From the human T2T-CHM13v2.0 reference genome, Homo sapiens: DNA of 64,000 bases. Numbering within the stretch: the first letter of the stretch is position 1; each line of letters begins with the position of its first letter. Where the stretch lies: the NCBI RefSeq assembly GCF_009914755.1, contig NC_060928.1; one strand, written 5' to 3'. A program made the translations under genes and the position numbers. The notes beneath the pieces are model-generated. The model made no database searches and was not told where the DNA came from. It worked only from the letters and a program-made list of their open reading frames with translations. Of the stretch, positions 44,051 to 59,970 are shown one piece after another.

Positions 44051-44211
44051 CAGAAACAGGTTAGAAGGGTTGCAGGTCACTCTTCTCATCCACCAGCAGG
44101 GAACATGAGGTCCTGTAGCTCTATCTGTAACATACTCCACACTCTTAGGTGTTGTTGATGTTTCCTGGGAGAGTACCCTGGCAGAGCCTCGAGAGCTTGC
44201 TGAATGTCCAC
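44051..44211 (-). pseudogene. Candidate decayed exon
   Basis: Weak acceptor tttggtgtgtag, donor CTG|gtaagg. Phase 0: VDIQQALEALPGYSPRKHQQHLRVWSMLQIELQDLMFPAGG*. Confidence 0.45.
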
Positions 44212-44449
44212 CTACACACCAAATTGAAGCAGCCACACACTTAGTTCCCATCCATTCACTTTCTGGGGTGCCAAAGAATGACACTGTCCAATTGGACTTA
44301 TGGCTTGTGAAGAACCAGAGAAGCATCTTTTCCTCATTCCATAGGTTTCATTAAGCAGATTTTAAGGATAGTTCTCACTCTTCTGATCATTCTGGAGGGC
44401 TTCAATCTGGCCTCAAAATCCCCTGCAATAATCTGGCCATTTATTTCTT

Positions 44450-44860
44450 CATTTTTTCAGCTATTCGTTTAACACCTATCAACTATTAACACTTATTTCA
44501 TACTCAGTTCTGTGTAAGGCTCTGGGAGAGTCACACTCCCAGGCTTTGAAATGTACTTTCAAACCAAGGGGACATAATTCAATGTATTAAAAGTGCCATG
44601 GAAGCAAGAAAAAGATCAAAAAGGAGAAAATCTAACCTGAACCAGAAAGAAAGGTTTAGCATTTACCAGGAAGAGAAGAGCAGGAGAGCAGTCCATGCAA
44701 AGGGCACAGCACCAGCAAAACAGGTGGAAAATGTCTTCTGTATCAGGTGAAGTATAAAGCATCCCATGTGGTTAACAGCACTGAGTGCATGGGGTCAGGG
44801 TTAGAACATGAGGCCAAAAGAATCTGTTGGGGCTCCATTTGTGAACATGGCTTCAACATA
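44450..44860 (-). mobile_element. L2 fragments
   Basis: aaaagtgccatggaagc...gtccatgcaaagggcacagcaccagcaaa resembles antisense L2. Confidence 0.55.
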
Positions 44861-45313
44861 AATGGAAAAATATTCTAGAGTCCCCTAGTATGCACCAGGG
44901 TATACCCCAGTCTGAATTTCATTACACAATAAACAGAGCTCACTCCATTCCCCATTCCAATTATCTCTACTTCCTACTCTTTTGGAATCATGTGATTCAG
45001 GGCTTTTAACTGTTGGCCTTGAGGAAGGAATAATTAAACTGGTGACTGGGAAAGCCTGAATCTTTCAATCTTGAATGCCAAGGATTGCAAGACACAAGAA
45101 GCTTTTGAGCAAATAGCAAAGGTTAAAATAAGCAAATTTCCTTTCTCAACCTTGACAATATTTACTCTACTCTCCTGGCATTCAATGTGAGTAGATGCAG
45201 CTCTGAATTGGAAGAGGGATGAAATTCAAAACAGATTGTGAAAGTTTAGGCTTGGAGAAAGGAATGTTTTGTGATCTTTATGGATATTGCTTTAAAAAAA
45301 AAACAGTACGTAC

Positions 45314-45415
45314 ATCATTGACTTCGGCTTCTGGACCTAAAAGGGAGAGATTCTCTGAGCTCTCTTCTACTATGGTATTAATACAACTAGGTCCCAGAAA
45401 TACTATAATTCACTG
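45314..45415 (-). pseudogene. Candidate decayed exon (RGS core-like)
   Basis: Acceptor tttttctttctttcttgtacccag, donor GAT|gtacgt. Reads SEL*YFWDLVVLIP**KRAQRIS, then with a frameshift LLGPEAEVND (compare FW..KAxxIY..APxEVNID). Confidence 0.6.
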
Positions 45416-45699
45416 CTGGGTACAAGAAAGAAAGAAAAATCTATTGGAAAACAGTAAAATAAGGTTAGAAATGTCAGCAACAAGCAAACACAATGCCAAT
45501 GTTATGTTGGAGCCAATGTAAATTGGTAATAGCAATGGGTCAGGAACCTATTTTAGTCTCCTCAAGGTGGAAGAGCTGAACTACAGTCCCACTTGGCTGT
45601 ACAAAGGGGTTCAGGTGGCCCCCTATCAAGAGCAACCCAAAGACTCCAGGCAGAAAAAATGAAAACATCTCTGCAAGAAATATAAACTAAAGTCACTAA

Positions 45700-46080
45700 G
45701 AAATAACACTGCACAACTGTCATATTGGCAAAAAATATTTTTAATAAGTTTCATAAGAAATGGTAAGACTAGCAATGAGGATTCTTATACATATATTTCT
45801 AGTAAAGATGTAAATTGAAACATGAATCTTAGACCACAACTTGGCATAAAAGTATTTGTAATGTATTTATAATTCTTAGAGAAACTCCAGGAAATACATA
45901 GACCAATATTCATAGTAATATTGTTCACAATAAAAAAAAACAGAAACAACTCAAATGTCCACTGGAAGAATTAATTTTTATATAGTTATATAATCAGACA
46001 ACAAAATGTTATAGTGCATTGTTTTTTAAATCAAGAACTAAAACTAGAAGCAGAAATAATTTTAACAAATTCTTTTGATT
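45700..46080 (+). mobile_element. Ancient L1ME 3' fragment
   Basis: gtaaattgaaac...accacaacttggca...ttgttcacaataaaaaaaaacagaaacaactcaaatgtcc. Confidence 0.6.
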
Positions 46081-46151
46081 TTTAAGCCAAACTTTTATAT
46101 CTCATATTATGCTTGAGAGTTTTCTTCAAAGATACGATATAAATTATTTAC

Positions 46152-46257
46152 TCTGGTAACTTCAACCATATTCTTGGAATTGTGTGAATGTGTTTCCTAC
46201 AGTACGTCTCTGTGCATTCTGAAATCACTAGGTGATTTTTTTTAAATAATACTAAAT
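46152..46257 (-). pseudogene. Candidate exon, open frame
   Basis: Acceptor tatgtccttccctcccag, donor AGA|gtaaat. Phase 1-2: LVLFKKNHLVISECTETYCRKHIHTIPRIWLKLP. Confidence 0.5.
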
Positions 46258-46499
46258 CTGGGAGGGAAGGACATAGTAATTTCTCAATTAATATTTGTTG
46301 GTTACTTAAGTCAAATAAACTTTGTGTGTCTATATGATTAATAAGGGATCCTCCAAGAACTATAAAGTATCCAAGAACTAGCACTCAGTTACCTGAGTCT
46401 CCAGGACCACCATCTTAAGGGTTATCCTCAGAATAGAGAAGGATTTGCTCTAATTGATCTGTGTCTAAGATATTAAAGACCTCACAGATTTATACATAT

Positions 46500-47660
46500 A
46501 TAGTGCACACATTTACCCTGTCTCTGCCTACTGAGAAGGCCTAAAAACAATGACTCATAGTAGCAATGAGAAATCTCATGCCAAGTTTTTGCTTTCTAAA
46601 TGCCATTTCTTACTAAAACGATCCAGAGATCCTCTGCAGAAATGGCTGATTTCAGGGCTGCTTTAGAGAAAGTACAAGATGAGCTTGGAACATCTTGTTT
46701 ACCCAGAAAGTCAGGAAATGTTGACAGAATCAAAGGACCACATCAAAAAGTCACAGGAGCCAGCCTAAAGAAAAGCCCATTGGCCAAATCTAGGACAATC
46801 TGAGCAGCAAACTAATAATGGTAATGGATTATAATCCACTGAATAAAATAATACATGATTTCATTCTGATATGAGTAAATAAATAAAAGGAAAATCTCTC
46901 CCTTATAGTATAATAACAACTAATAAATGCAGAAAGAAAGATGGACTGTAAAAATCATCAGTGGATGCTAAAACTGGAAGTAAAATCTTGCTATGAAACA
47001 ATATTTTTATGTATTCACATAATATCTTTTTACAGATATTGATTAATTACCAAAAAAGTAGATTTACAGTGGAGAATCCTGACATCACCAGTATTAGAAC
47101 AATCTGATATCATGCAGCTCTGGGTACAATGGCCTAAGAAGTAGATGGCATCTCTTCAGTTGTTTTCTTACCAAAAATAACTAAATACAAAAACAAATTA
47201 GAAAACATCAGATAACCCCAATTAAATGTCATTCTAAAAAATAATTTAGTTAACTCAATTATTCTACAAAATAATAATAAAATCATCAAAGTCAAGAAAA
47301 ATGCAGGCTGTGGAAATGTCCTAGATAGATTGAAACTAAAGAGACATAAGAACTTCCATGCTCCTAGAATAGATCCTGAACCAGGGAAAAGCCATAACAC
47401 ATACTGGATAGGAAAACTGATGAAATCTGAATAGCCGGTAGATTAGATAATAGCATTATATCAATAGTAAGTTTCCTGATCTTGACAATAAAGATAATGT
47501 TCTTTTTTAGGAATACATGCTGAATTATTGAGGGATAAAAAGGTACAAAGTCTCAACTTACAAATGGTTCAGGAAAAAATGTTTAAACACACATAAGGAA
47601 AATAAGCCCATATAAATACAAATATACATACTGAGAGAGAGAAAGAGAGAGAGAGAAAAG
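46500..47660 (+). mobile_element. L1MC/L1MD-type long 3' UTR
   Basis: gaaatggctgatttcagggctg...gtacaagatgagcttggaacatctt...tagattagataatagcattatatcaatagtaagtttcctga. Confidence 0.75.
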
Positions 47661-47699
47661 ATGGTGAAACAGAAACAGAGGAACCTAGCTGATTCCTGA

Positions 47700-49420
47700 A
47701 TAAAAGGTTTTCAATGACTGGCCAGAAATAGTTGCCCCCTCACAAACTAATGCCTATTCTCATGATTCACCCCAAATTCTCTCATGGATTCTGTACCCTA
47801 ACAAGAGGTAGAGCCCTTGCATAATCCAGACAGACTAATACAAGAACAGCTCCAAAGGATACAGTCTACACACTGAAAAAGATGCAATGTGTATGGCAGG
47901 GCAGGGAAACATGAATGGATGTAGATTCTGAGTATCAGATCAAGAAGAATGAGGCATAAGGTTTGACCCAGCTGAATTAATTGTCAAGAGTCTGTTCACC
48001 CAGGATTCAAGAAAAATGTACTATGTCATAAACATGGCAGTGGTGTTAATAGTCTGATAAGTTGGTCAATTGAAGCTGAATCTCGAAAATTATCTACGTT
48101 AGAGGTCAGCAAACTATGGCCCATGAGCCAAATCCTGTTCACCATCTGTATTTGTAAATAAAGCTTCATACGAATGAAACTAAATTCATTTATTTCCATA
48201 TTATCTGAGATTACTTGTGAACTCAAATGACAGAGCTGAGCAGCTGAGACAGAGACTATATGGTCCTCATAGCCTAAGATATTCACTGTCTAGCCTTTTA
48301 CTGAGAAAGTTTGCTGACCCCTGCTCTGCATCACTGAGGTCAAAATGCTGGAACATTTTGAGTACTAGAGAGGAAGAAGCTCTAATGGCAAATGAGAGAT
48401 TGGAATGAATCTGTTATAAGTAATTTGCTCACCACTTCTAACCATAATCCATGGGCTACCCAGAGAATGCTTCCTTTACCAAGGCATTGATGAGAACAAC
48501 ACCAAGAGGCTGAAAAACTGTATTGGCCAGAGATAACAATGCTGCATTAAAATTTGTCTTCCTGATTTCAGTGGAAATAATGGGATCCCAGAGGGGTAGA
48601 GACAAGGCATTTGCACTAACCACAAGCAATAAGGTGCATGCAATTAAACAATAACCCTCTGGGAAAAATGGGGCCAGACTGTTTTGGCCCAGAGGGATTT
48701 GTGGGGATGGTAAATTGCTCATGGAATCCCTAGATATGAAGCAGATGGGCTGTAAATTAAGGTATATCTGTACGTGTGTTTGCAGAAATATTCTGGATAT
48801 GGTCATCAGAAATTTAAATCAACGGAGTAGGGATTTATGGTCTTTTATCCAACCAGGGCAATCAAATTCACAAACTCAGAAGTGCTGCCTTGACTGAGGG
48901 AGAGGCTTGGACCCTCGGGGAAGGTCCATACAAGACAAGGAGGAGTGTTTCCCAGTCCTTTCCAGACACATATCTGTGGCCATTTTACTAGGTCGACTAT
49001 GCACTAAGAAAAGGAAAATACTCAGGCCTTCTGAGGCTTATTAGAGCCTGGTTCTGATCTGCTGCTAAGCTCAGTCACTGAAACACCACCACTGCCCAGA
49101 AAGGATATTTATGCAGTCTTGGCTCCAGTTCCTCTAACAATTTATCACTGGGTCCAGTGGAGAGAGTGAGATCAGGGTATTTATTCCCCCAGCTCCCTGC
49201 AATGTAATCACAGGCTGCCTGCCTCTCTTACTTCAAATTCACAGCTCTGGTCTCCATGTACATTTCTCTTTTTCTAAGTTCTAGTAACCATTTTTTACCC
49301 TTGCCCCTTCAGGCATAGCCATGGTAAATGTACCTTGCCATTACTACTTCTAAACTCTGGTTTTCCTAAACTCTAACCACATACCTTTGTAAAAAGTCCC
49401 CAAATTAAATTCTCAAGTTA
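47700..49420 (+). mobile_element. ERVL-class (HERV16-like) internal fragments plus LTR16-like LTR (about 49155-49420)
   Basis: Decayed gag-like stretch (tttgacccagctgaattaattg...caggattcaa), protease-like ttattagagcctggttctga, and LTR16-like gagatcagggtatttattccccc. Confidence 0.6.
48100..48325. mobile_element. MER58-type hAT MITE
   Basis: Inverted ends agaggtcagcaaact...agtttgctgacccct. Confidence 0.85.
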
Positions 49421-49880
49421 TAGTCACAATACTGTGTAACAAAATTTGCAACACTTCAGTAGCATTCAACCATAAGCACTTATTGCTTGAATCTCAGGTA
49501 TCAGCTAGGCTATCAACTAGTGAATCCTTGGTCAGGGTTGTGTGTATGTCTGACAGCTGTCTGATGGCTGATCTCAGACAGCCTCAGCTCTGTTCTCCGT
49601 GCTTCTTGACCTTCAGGAGGTTATCCTGGGCATGCTCCCACGGTGTTGCAAGAGGCATAAGAAAGGAAGCCCCAATGCATAGGATTCTACTTGTATCCAT
49701 TCTGCTAATACTGCCTTGGCCAAAGCAAATCACAAGGTTGAGCCCAGTGCCAAAAGAAAAAGGAGGTAAGGAGATATGGCAGGTCACCCTGCCTGTAATG
49801 AAAAAACTCTGCAAAATCACATATCAGAGGGGACAAGTGGAGGAAGAATAAAGAATTCAGACCATCATTGCAAACCAGTA
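49420..49880 (-). mobile_element. MLT1-family LTR
   Basis: ctgtgtaacaaa...cttcagtagc...ttggccaaagcaaatcacaagg. Confidence 0.65.
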
Positions 49881-49974
49881 CATTCCTCAAATTACTCAAT
49901 TTGAATGTGCCATCTTTTCCTGATAGAGCCCTGTCTAGTTTGTTTAGAGAGATTAAGAAGGTACTTGAGTTTAC

Positions 49975-50049
49975 CCACTAACAAATCAAAGCTGCGAAAC
50001 ACACCATGTAGACTACCTATGGTATCCATAATAATAACCATTGTCTTGT
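49975..50049 (-). pseudogene. Candidate exon, open frame
   Basis: Moderate acceptor ttctgtttgtgttaataaccaag, donor TGG|gtaaac. Phase 1-1: KTMVIIMDTIGSLHGVFRSFDLLV. Confidence 0.4.
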
Positions 50050-51478
50050 CTTGGTTATTAACACAAACAGAAGTAACTACCACCAAAGGACAAAGGCAAA
50101 CTGGTAGAGGCAAACCAACTTTCAGAAGTGAAGAAGCTGCACCACTGGTCAGGTCCAATAGATGAGCATGGGAAATAAAACAGAAAATAAGGTGGCATTT
50201 GGAAGCAGGTAAGAGCAGACACAAATGGAACAGAAATATGAGAATCTTCTGGAAGGAAAAATCTCGTGACATTAAATATGAACAATCTGGGGAAGGCCCA
50301 GAATTTACATTTATTGGGTCTCTCTACATGGTAGTTCTAATTGATCTACAGGTACAGACTCATGTAGTACAATAGGGAATAACAAAATTTGCAAACATGG
50401 AAACTTTATTAAAGTTCTAGAAAGTCATATAGACTTCTTTCCATCATCACACCTATACTTGCTGGCTCACTTCCTTGATCATTGCTCTCCTGCATCCCTC
50501 TTTGACACTCTTATTCTTTCTCATGTTGACCTCTCTTCTTCTCAATGTTCTTTCTTGTCCCTTTTCTTGTCTACTGGTCTTAAAGATGCAAGTAAAACAA
50601 AATTAGGAGTGGTGTGTCCTAGTATGTATTTATGTGTTTCAGAAGCTGTCCCGGTTCGCTGTCACCCCTTTCAATGGGTTCTCTCTCATTTTCTCATTAG
50701 ATGGGAGGACTAATGTAAAACTCCTTAAGTTAATCACTAGTGTCACAGTGAGGCAAGGAAACTCAGAAGCCAAGCTGAACATGAGGAAGCCATAGCTTAT
50801 ACAGCAAGTTACTGCCTTAGGCCATAGGAAATTCTTATCTGAATGCTCTTTCACAATTTCTTTATGGTGCACTCAGGAAAACCACGTGTGTCTATGTTTG
50901 GGTCAAAGTAAAAAAGAGAAAACAAAAACCTTTCCCTACCCTATTTGGTCAGTAGTGGTGTCAAGTGGAAATGAGGCAAGAGAAGGGATGGGTAGGGAAG
51001 AATATCACGAAATGTTACAAAGACACAAGCTATGGCATTTGGAGACAGCTTACACGAAGGTCTCCAAATATCCTTTCATTATCAGAAAAACACACTTCTG
51101 CAAACATAACAGGCTACAATTTTCTGCAAGTTCTCATTAATGTTTGACTTTTAACAGATTGCCAAGCACAAGCCAAAATGAAATGTCATCTTTAACAATA
51201 TAATATGATTTAAAATCCTGTAGAATGCCTACATGACAGATCAACCTTCACATGAAATCTCCTCTATAACAATATTCTGTGTAATCATGCATATTTTGCA
51301 TTCCACAGTCAGTGTAACACATAGGTAGAATATTGGCAGTCTGAAAAATAGTAAAAATATTGCCAGGCATTAAACTTTTCTGGATACAAATCACATCTTT
51401 CATAAAAAAATAAATTCTAGAATGTTCAAGGATGGCATTGGAAGAGGTTCCTCATGTAAGGATGGCAGCTGGACCTCA

Positions 51479-53896
<2,418 letters not shown>

Positions 53897-54335
53897 CTGC
53901 AGTCCAAACCACAGCAAAAATCACACTGAAACATTTAAGTAAAAATGTTGTGAGAGTTGAGTATCACAAAAAGAAAATCTGCTCAGAAGGTAACATTAAA
54001 CTAGATACATGTGTAATGGCTACAATATTTTATAACTAATATAACCGTGTATTTTTAATTCCCTACAGCTCTCTCATGCAGTGAATCAAGGGTTTTTACT
54101 GCTTTCGTGGAAGAACCCATAATACCTTGGAAAAAAATTATTCAGATTTGAGTGTTAAATCATATTTGTTCAATTCATAGTGAGAAAATAGCCTTGAAAG
54201 CCTGGTTTCTTTTAGCAAGAGCACCCCTACATACCCCTCCAGGAACACACACACACGCAAACACACACATGCCCCCTAATTTCCAAAAGCTTCTCTTCAA
54301 ATATTGAGAAACTGGGTGTCAGCTGGAGTACTTAC

Positions 54336-54475
54336 TGGGAAGTGCCCACATTCAGTGGACTCGCCTCGGGCTCCTCCCTTCCAGTAGACCTCTGTGTGGG
54401 TCTGCAGCGCAGCACAGATGGCTCTGTCCGCATCACTACCTGTTTACAAGGCCATGGCTGTGATTATGGAGACAC
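54336..54475 (-). pseudogene. Candidate 5'-most exon of the decayed gene
   Basis: Acceptor ctctgttttaactccag, donor CCA|gtaagt. GC/CpG-enriched; contains gccATGG and a second ATG (MRTEPSVLRCRPTQRSTGREEPEASPLNVGTS) in phase with the next exon. Confidence 0.5.
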
Positions 54476-54645
54476 CTGGAGTTAAAACAGAGTTGCCTCA
54501 CTGATTACAAGGAGCCGACACAGTGTTATTTTGCATATTTGCACAATATTTTGCTCTGTCTTATTTATTGAAATTTGTAAAGATGTCACAGATTGTGACT
54601 TGAATGTTTCAGCATATGTCATCTTACGGTTTCAGCAGATGATGA

Positions 54646-54656
54646 TGCTGAGTCAC
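54646..54656 (-). promoter_or_regulatory. ARE/MARE (NRF2/BACH-sMAF, AP-1) consensus site
   Basis: tgctgagtcac (GTGACTCAGCA on minus), flanked by two cagatg E-boxes. Motif match only. Confidence 0.3.
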
Positions 54657-55519
54657 AACAGATGACTTATTTCCTGGGCTTGTCCTTAAATTGTCTTCTA
54701 TGCCCAAATCGCCTATAGACAACTTTTAAAAATTAAATTCAAATAAAATTAAGTTTAAACCTTTGAGAAAAGGTGAAGCCCAAACTTGCATGGTTTAAAC
54801 TAAATACTTCGAGTGGAACTAAAATATTTTCCGGAATTATCTGAACAATTCCGGAGTCACTTTTTCTCTGCCAACATAGCTTCAGAGGAATTAACTAGCA
54901 ACAGAAAATTCTGAGAGAATTAACTCATTTTTATATTTTAAAAAGGAAAAATTCCTGTGGATGTATCTACAGACTAAAGAAACTACAATTTTCCATTTTC
55001 TATTGGTTACTATACTTACAGATGGCTACTGAGAAAATATGTCTTCCACATAAGCAAAACAAAGTTTATGTCTATGCATATGACTAAGTTTTGTGTATAT
55101 TTTCTATATATAAAAGTGCATTAAAAACTGGATATCTGTAAGTTCATTTTATGTTTTAATTTTTGAGACAAGGTAATTTCAAAGAATCATTCTATTAAAT
55201 GTAAGTAAAATATTATTAATTAAGATTTCTATATTCCCTGAAGTGGCTTTTAATTCTTATTTTAGTATTATGGTTTTTATTACCAATAAAAATTAAAGGT
55301 GCACATTAAATATCTAACATAGTTATGATCTGAATACACTACAAAATGTTTATTGTTATGTTAAGTCAACTAAAAATCAAAATACTTTGAATAGTTAAAT
55401 ACATACCTAAAGATAGTATTTATTTCTCATTCATATATGGAATCAATAGCAATTAAGTTTAAATGTCATTGAGAGAAAAGACCACATGTCATACATCTTT
55501 TTTAGTTAAGTCTCAATAA

Positions 55520-55870
55520 ACCCCAGGGTAGGAAAAAGATGTGAGAACAGAGAGAAAAATGGGATTTGTGAGCAACTTGTTCATAGGCAAAGCCATGAAA
55601 GTGATTGAGATTACCCAAAGATAGCATAGACAGCATAGACAGTGACAAGAGAGGTAGAAGGAGAACAGAATCCTGGGACACCAACATTTGAAAGGCAGGA
55701 AGAGGAGGAGAGCAGGGAGTCCATAAAGCAGACTGATAAAATTTTGCAAAGCTCTAAAAAAACTCCAAGAGAGAAGGGTGCCATTAGGAAATAAACATGG
55801 CTGAAGAAAAAAAATTGAGATAAGAACACATGATGAGTAAGAAGGATTTTAAAAGTGTTTGGAAAAAAAA
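55520..55870 (-). mobile_element. L2 fragment
   Basis: aagccatgaaagtgattgagattaccc...aacagaatcctgggacaccaacatttgaaagg. Confidence 0.7.
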
Positions 55871-56129
55871 AAGAGTGGGCAAGGTGTGTGCCTGCATGCC
55901 ACACACATGTGAGTGTTGGCCTTTGCTGTGCTGTGCTTATAGTTGCTGAGCAATTAGTACAGTGAGTGGTGATTGGCTTAGGATGAGAACTCTTCCATGT
56001 GTGCCAGATAATGCCAACATGACCAGGAGGTAGTCTGTTGTTGAGTGAGCTATTTATATGAACACTCAAGCCAAAACTGAGCTTTGTCTATGGAGGCAGA
56101 CTGATGTAGAGAGGAATTATAGGTAATGA

Positions 56130-56340
56130 CTAAGGGCACTGTGCTGAAGTCAGACTCACTGGATTCATATTCTGATTCACTTACTTACATCCTTGACCAA
56201 GAGAATGCCATCAGCAGAGCAGGGATAATAAAAGCACCGAACTAGTAAGATGGCTATGAGGATTGACTGAGGCGATACACATGAAGCCATTAGAGTAGTG
56301 CCTGGCAGATAGTAGGTGCTTAATTAATGTTAGCTACCAT
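56130..56340 (+). mobile_element. MIR SINE
   Basis: gaagtcagactcactggattcatattctg...agtagtgcctggcagatagtaggtgcttaattaatgttagct. Confidence 0.8.
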
Positions 56341-58009
56341 TTGGAATGAATTGTGACACAGTGCTCTTGACACTATGTGTCAGACAAATTAATTCATATG
56401 GCTTAAACTCTAGTCTTTTCACATGTCAGTAGATGTCTGTCCTTCACCAACCAGTGCGCACCAAGGATGTCACATTCCTATTTAATATACACATAATGCC
56501 CAATTTCTGGAGCTAATCTGTCCCGTTATCTCACAGTGCTTTTGTGCATGTGCAGGAGTGAGTTCTCGAGCTTTCTGGTCAAGTCTTATGATGCCAACAC
56601 CATCAGTGAGCCTCCTCTGGGGACTACTCTGCTAGGCTCTGAAGGCCTCCATAGGGATGGGCTGTTGTCACCACCTTTGAAAAGGGGCAGGGCTACCCAC
56701 CCCCATTAGCACTCAGGAGATGGGAACCTCCTTTACTTCCCCACAGCACAGCTCATATCAACCTCTCACAAGGCTCCACAGAGCATGCACAGATAACAAA
56801 AAGCCCAATACAGATTAGCGTATAACTAATTTACTTCCTGATACAGCTGCCCCTGGACCCTTGAAGCCACCTTGTGTTCAGAATCTGTCTCAGGATTTCT
56901 CACCATCCCCACATAGCAGGGACACCTTGTACATCTTAAGCTGTGAAATCCAGGCCTGACTTTCACAGCCTCAGAACAAAGAAGGATTGTACCCGTCCTC
57001 CAGTCCATGGTTCACCTTCTCAGTATCTCTGTAATCCCTTGCAAAGATGGCTGCCCTTCTCTAATAATCTTCCCCTGAAATGTAGAAACTTAGTTCTTTA
57101 TTCAAAGCACATGTACACTCAGGGCAGGGCTACAAAAGATGGTATTTCACAGGCAAAGTCGCCTACAGCATACAGGTGGCATTTCTTTCTAGCATTCCAG
57201 GGAGCATGCATGTGGATCTGGTCAGGCAGAGGTCTCAATCCCACAAGCAAGAGGGGACACCTGATCTTTCTGGGGATGCTCTTTGCTGATCTTCCTCTGC
57301 ACTTTGGTTTGAGACTAAATGTGTACAGTGACATCTTCTGCCAACCCTTGATTAGGTGTCATGGGCACAGGTAGCCCATCTCTCTACCTTTCTCCAACCA
57401 CCTAGTTATCAGGCTGACTTCTTCACTCCTCTTCCAGGACCTCATCTGACTCACTCTGCTCAAGGGGTCACTGTGACTTATCTCAGTAGTGTCCATTGAG
57501 TGTCCTCAACACTCTAAGGAAATGGCCATCTCCCTACGGCTAAGACTAAATGGTGGATATTTTCATTTTATAAGTATGTAAGAAGAGCCTCAGGAACTTT
57601 CACCTTTAGGTGTTGGGCAATGCCCCTCCAGACTGGGATGGATGTTGAGGATCCACCTTGAACAATTGGAGCTCTACTCACTGACTAAACTTCTGCTAAG
57701 AGGACTGCAGAGTGTCTTACTCTTGCTATCATGCATGGTCTCCTCCCTCCCTCTCTTTAGCTCCAGGACACCAGGAAATTTGCTTTGATATTCCTGCAGA
57801 TCAGCATGCCCTGGAACACCCCACTAAGGAGAACCCCAGCCAGCAGCCACTTGGAAGTGCTTGGAATAAAGCCTATTTGTAGTTGATGGAGTAAGAACCA
57901 CTAATCAAAATTAATTTTCATAAATGTGATACTAGAAGGAAGGAAATAAACAGAACAGTAACTTCAAGAACACATCAATTTTAGGAGAGAGGATATTTCA
58001 CTCAATTTT

Positions 58010-58330
58010 CATTTCACTCAAAAAAAAATGCTAAGAATGTACTATGTTCCAGGCACTGAACCAGGTACTGGGGGGCTGGGGGGGAAGTTGAGGTTGTAGC
58101 CATGAGCAACAGCAGGTGCCTCAGTCCTCACATGGTTAGAGTCAGTGTAGAGTGGGGGAGAGGTAGACATTAATTAAGTAATCACACAAACAAACATAAA
58201 ATCACAATTGTTAGAAATGCTGTGATGAAAGGTTAAAAGGTGCTATAAGAACATATAATAATCATTCCTGAACATACTCAGAGTATTCACATAAACGCTC
58301 CCTAAGGAAGGGATGCCTAAACTGAGACAT
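58010..58330 (-). mobile_element. L2 3' fragment
   Basis: tactatgttccaggcactgaaccagg...taattaagtaatcacacaaa. Confidence 0.7.
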
Positions 58331-58619
58331 AAAGGTTGGGGAGGAGGAGAGGAGGAAAGAAGAAAAGAGAGACCACAAAAGCCACATATTTCTTTAAGCA
58401 AATCATCTTTAAGTCTGGATGTGCAGAGGCATTTTATTACCACATGTAATATGTGTTATGGATATTATTATTATAATATGTGTACATAAAAATATATTTG
58501 CACATAGTATATAAGCAGAATTATCTTATTTTCAAAATCACCAAAAATGATCTTTTTGAATACCTTAAACAAATTATCCAGGACCAACAAGTCTTGCTAG
58601 GATAAGGGCACTTAAAAGT

Positions 58620-58790
58620 CGATGAGGGTTGAGGAGAACTTAGAACCTGGCTTCTGAATTCCCAAGCACTAGCATTGGCTTTCCATAAATTAAATGGCCT
58701 TGAACACGTCACTCAGTCCTTCAGAATCTCATTGCTCACTTGTGAAATTTCAGTGTTATAATAAATTATATTGAACTTCCTTTCAAATTC
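58620..58790 (+). mobile_element. MIR fragment
   Basis: agaacctggcttctgaattccca...ggccttgaacacgtcact...ctcattgctcacttgtgaaat. Confidence 0.6.
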
Positions 58791-59789
58791 CAAAATTATA
58801 TATTTCTGTAGTTATTACCTGCAGTATCTAGAGACCTAAAATTAAGATTAAATAGTTACCCAAAGACTTCCACAGTATGAATACCTATGTAAAACAGCTA
58901 GGAAGAAAATTAGCTCAATCCTACTTGGAGTTAAGAATGGCTTATACCTTAAATTAGGCACTTTAAAAGACTAGAATAGGAATAAGTTTTTTCACTAAGC
59001 TCTTTTTTTAAATATATCAATTTTGGGAAATGGAATCCATTTTGAAAGTCTGGCAGAAATATATGCTAATGGAGTTCAGGATGTAAAGGAACTGGAAACA
59101 TCTTGCAGTGTTACAACTCATTAAAGTACTTACTAGACCACAGAGTACAGCATCTGAGAAGAAAATAGGGCTCTGAACACTTTTCTTAATTAAAATTCTC
59201 TATTTAATTCAATTGAAATATATAGTAAAAAAGAAATAAGATGAAAATTCAAAGCAGAATAGTCATTTAGAAATACTACCCTAAGTCCTGGCTATTTGTT
59301 TTTCAACTTGCAGGGTATTTCAAGTTGCAGAATCATGATGTAGTTAAAAATATAATGAGGAATTGGCACTGGTAGCTTTATAGGAATTCAAGATTGGTTT
59401 TTGGTTTTCATGCATCAAGCTTTTTGTTATTTAAACTTTGTTACTGTCATCATTTATCTAGCTGTTGAATTTAACCTTTGAACACCACAGACTGCAAGAC
59501 TATACAGCGTGCTTGCAAATAAGTGAAAACCGTTACTGGGCCCAGTGATCCATAGGGCATGTCATTCTACGGTGAAGTTTGCATGAAATGAGCCCTCTTT
59601 TCTTGTGCATGTGTTGTTAAGCTGAGCATAAACTGCCCAATTTATAAACCACTATATATGAATTTACTTATATGATTCCCAATGCAAAAATAAAACACTT
59701 AAAGCCTAGTCAACACACAGATAAGGTAGAGAGGCATTTGAATAATTATAGAATATGTGGGCTGGATGAGACCTCGAGGTCTTCTAGAT

Positions 59790-59970
59790 GAGTGTTTCCC
59801 AAATGTGCCTGAAAATAAAAATCATCTGAAAGCATGTTTAAAATGTCTAAAAATTATAAACTGACAAAAAATAATTGAGTTCAAACTCTAGAATCTGAAT
59901 TCGAATTCTCAGTGCAAAAAGCTTTGACTAAATGGTTACAAGTGCTCTCAGGTAATATCTGAGAAAACCT
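59790..59970. mobile_element. MER5B-like MITE
   Basis: agtgtttcccaaatgtgcc...aatcatctgaaagcatgtttaaaatg...ctgagaaaacctg. Confidence 0.55.
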
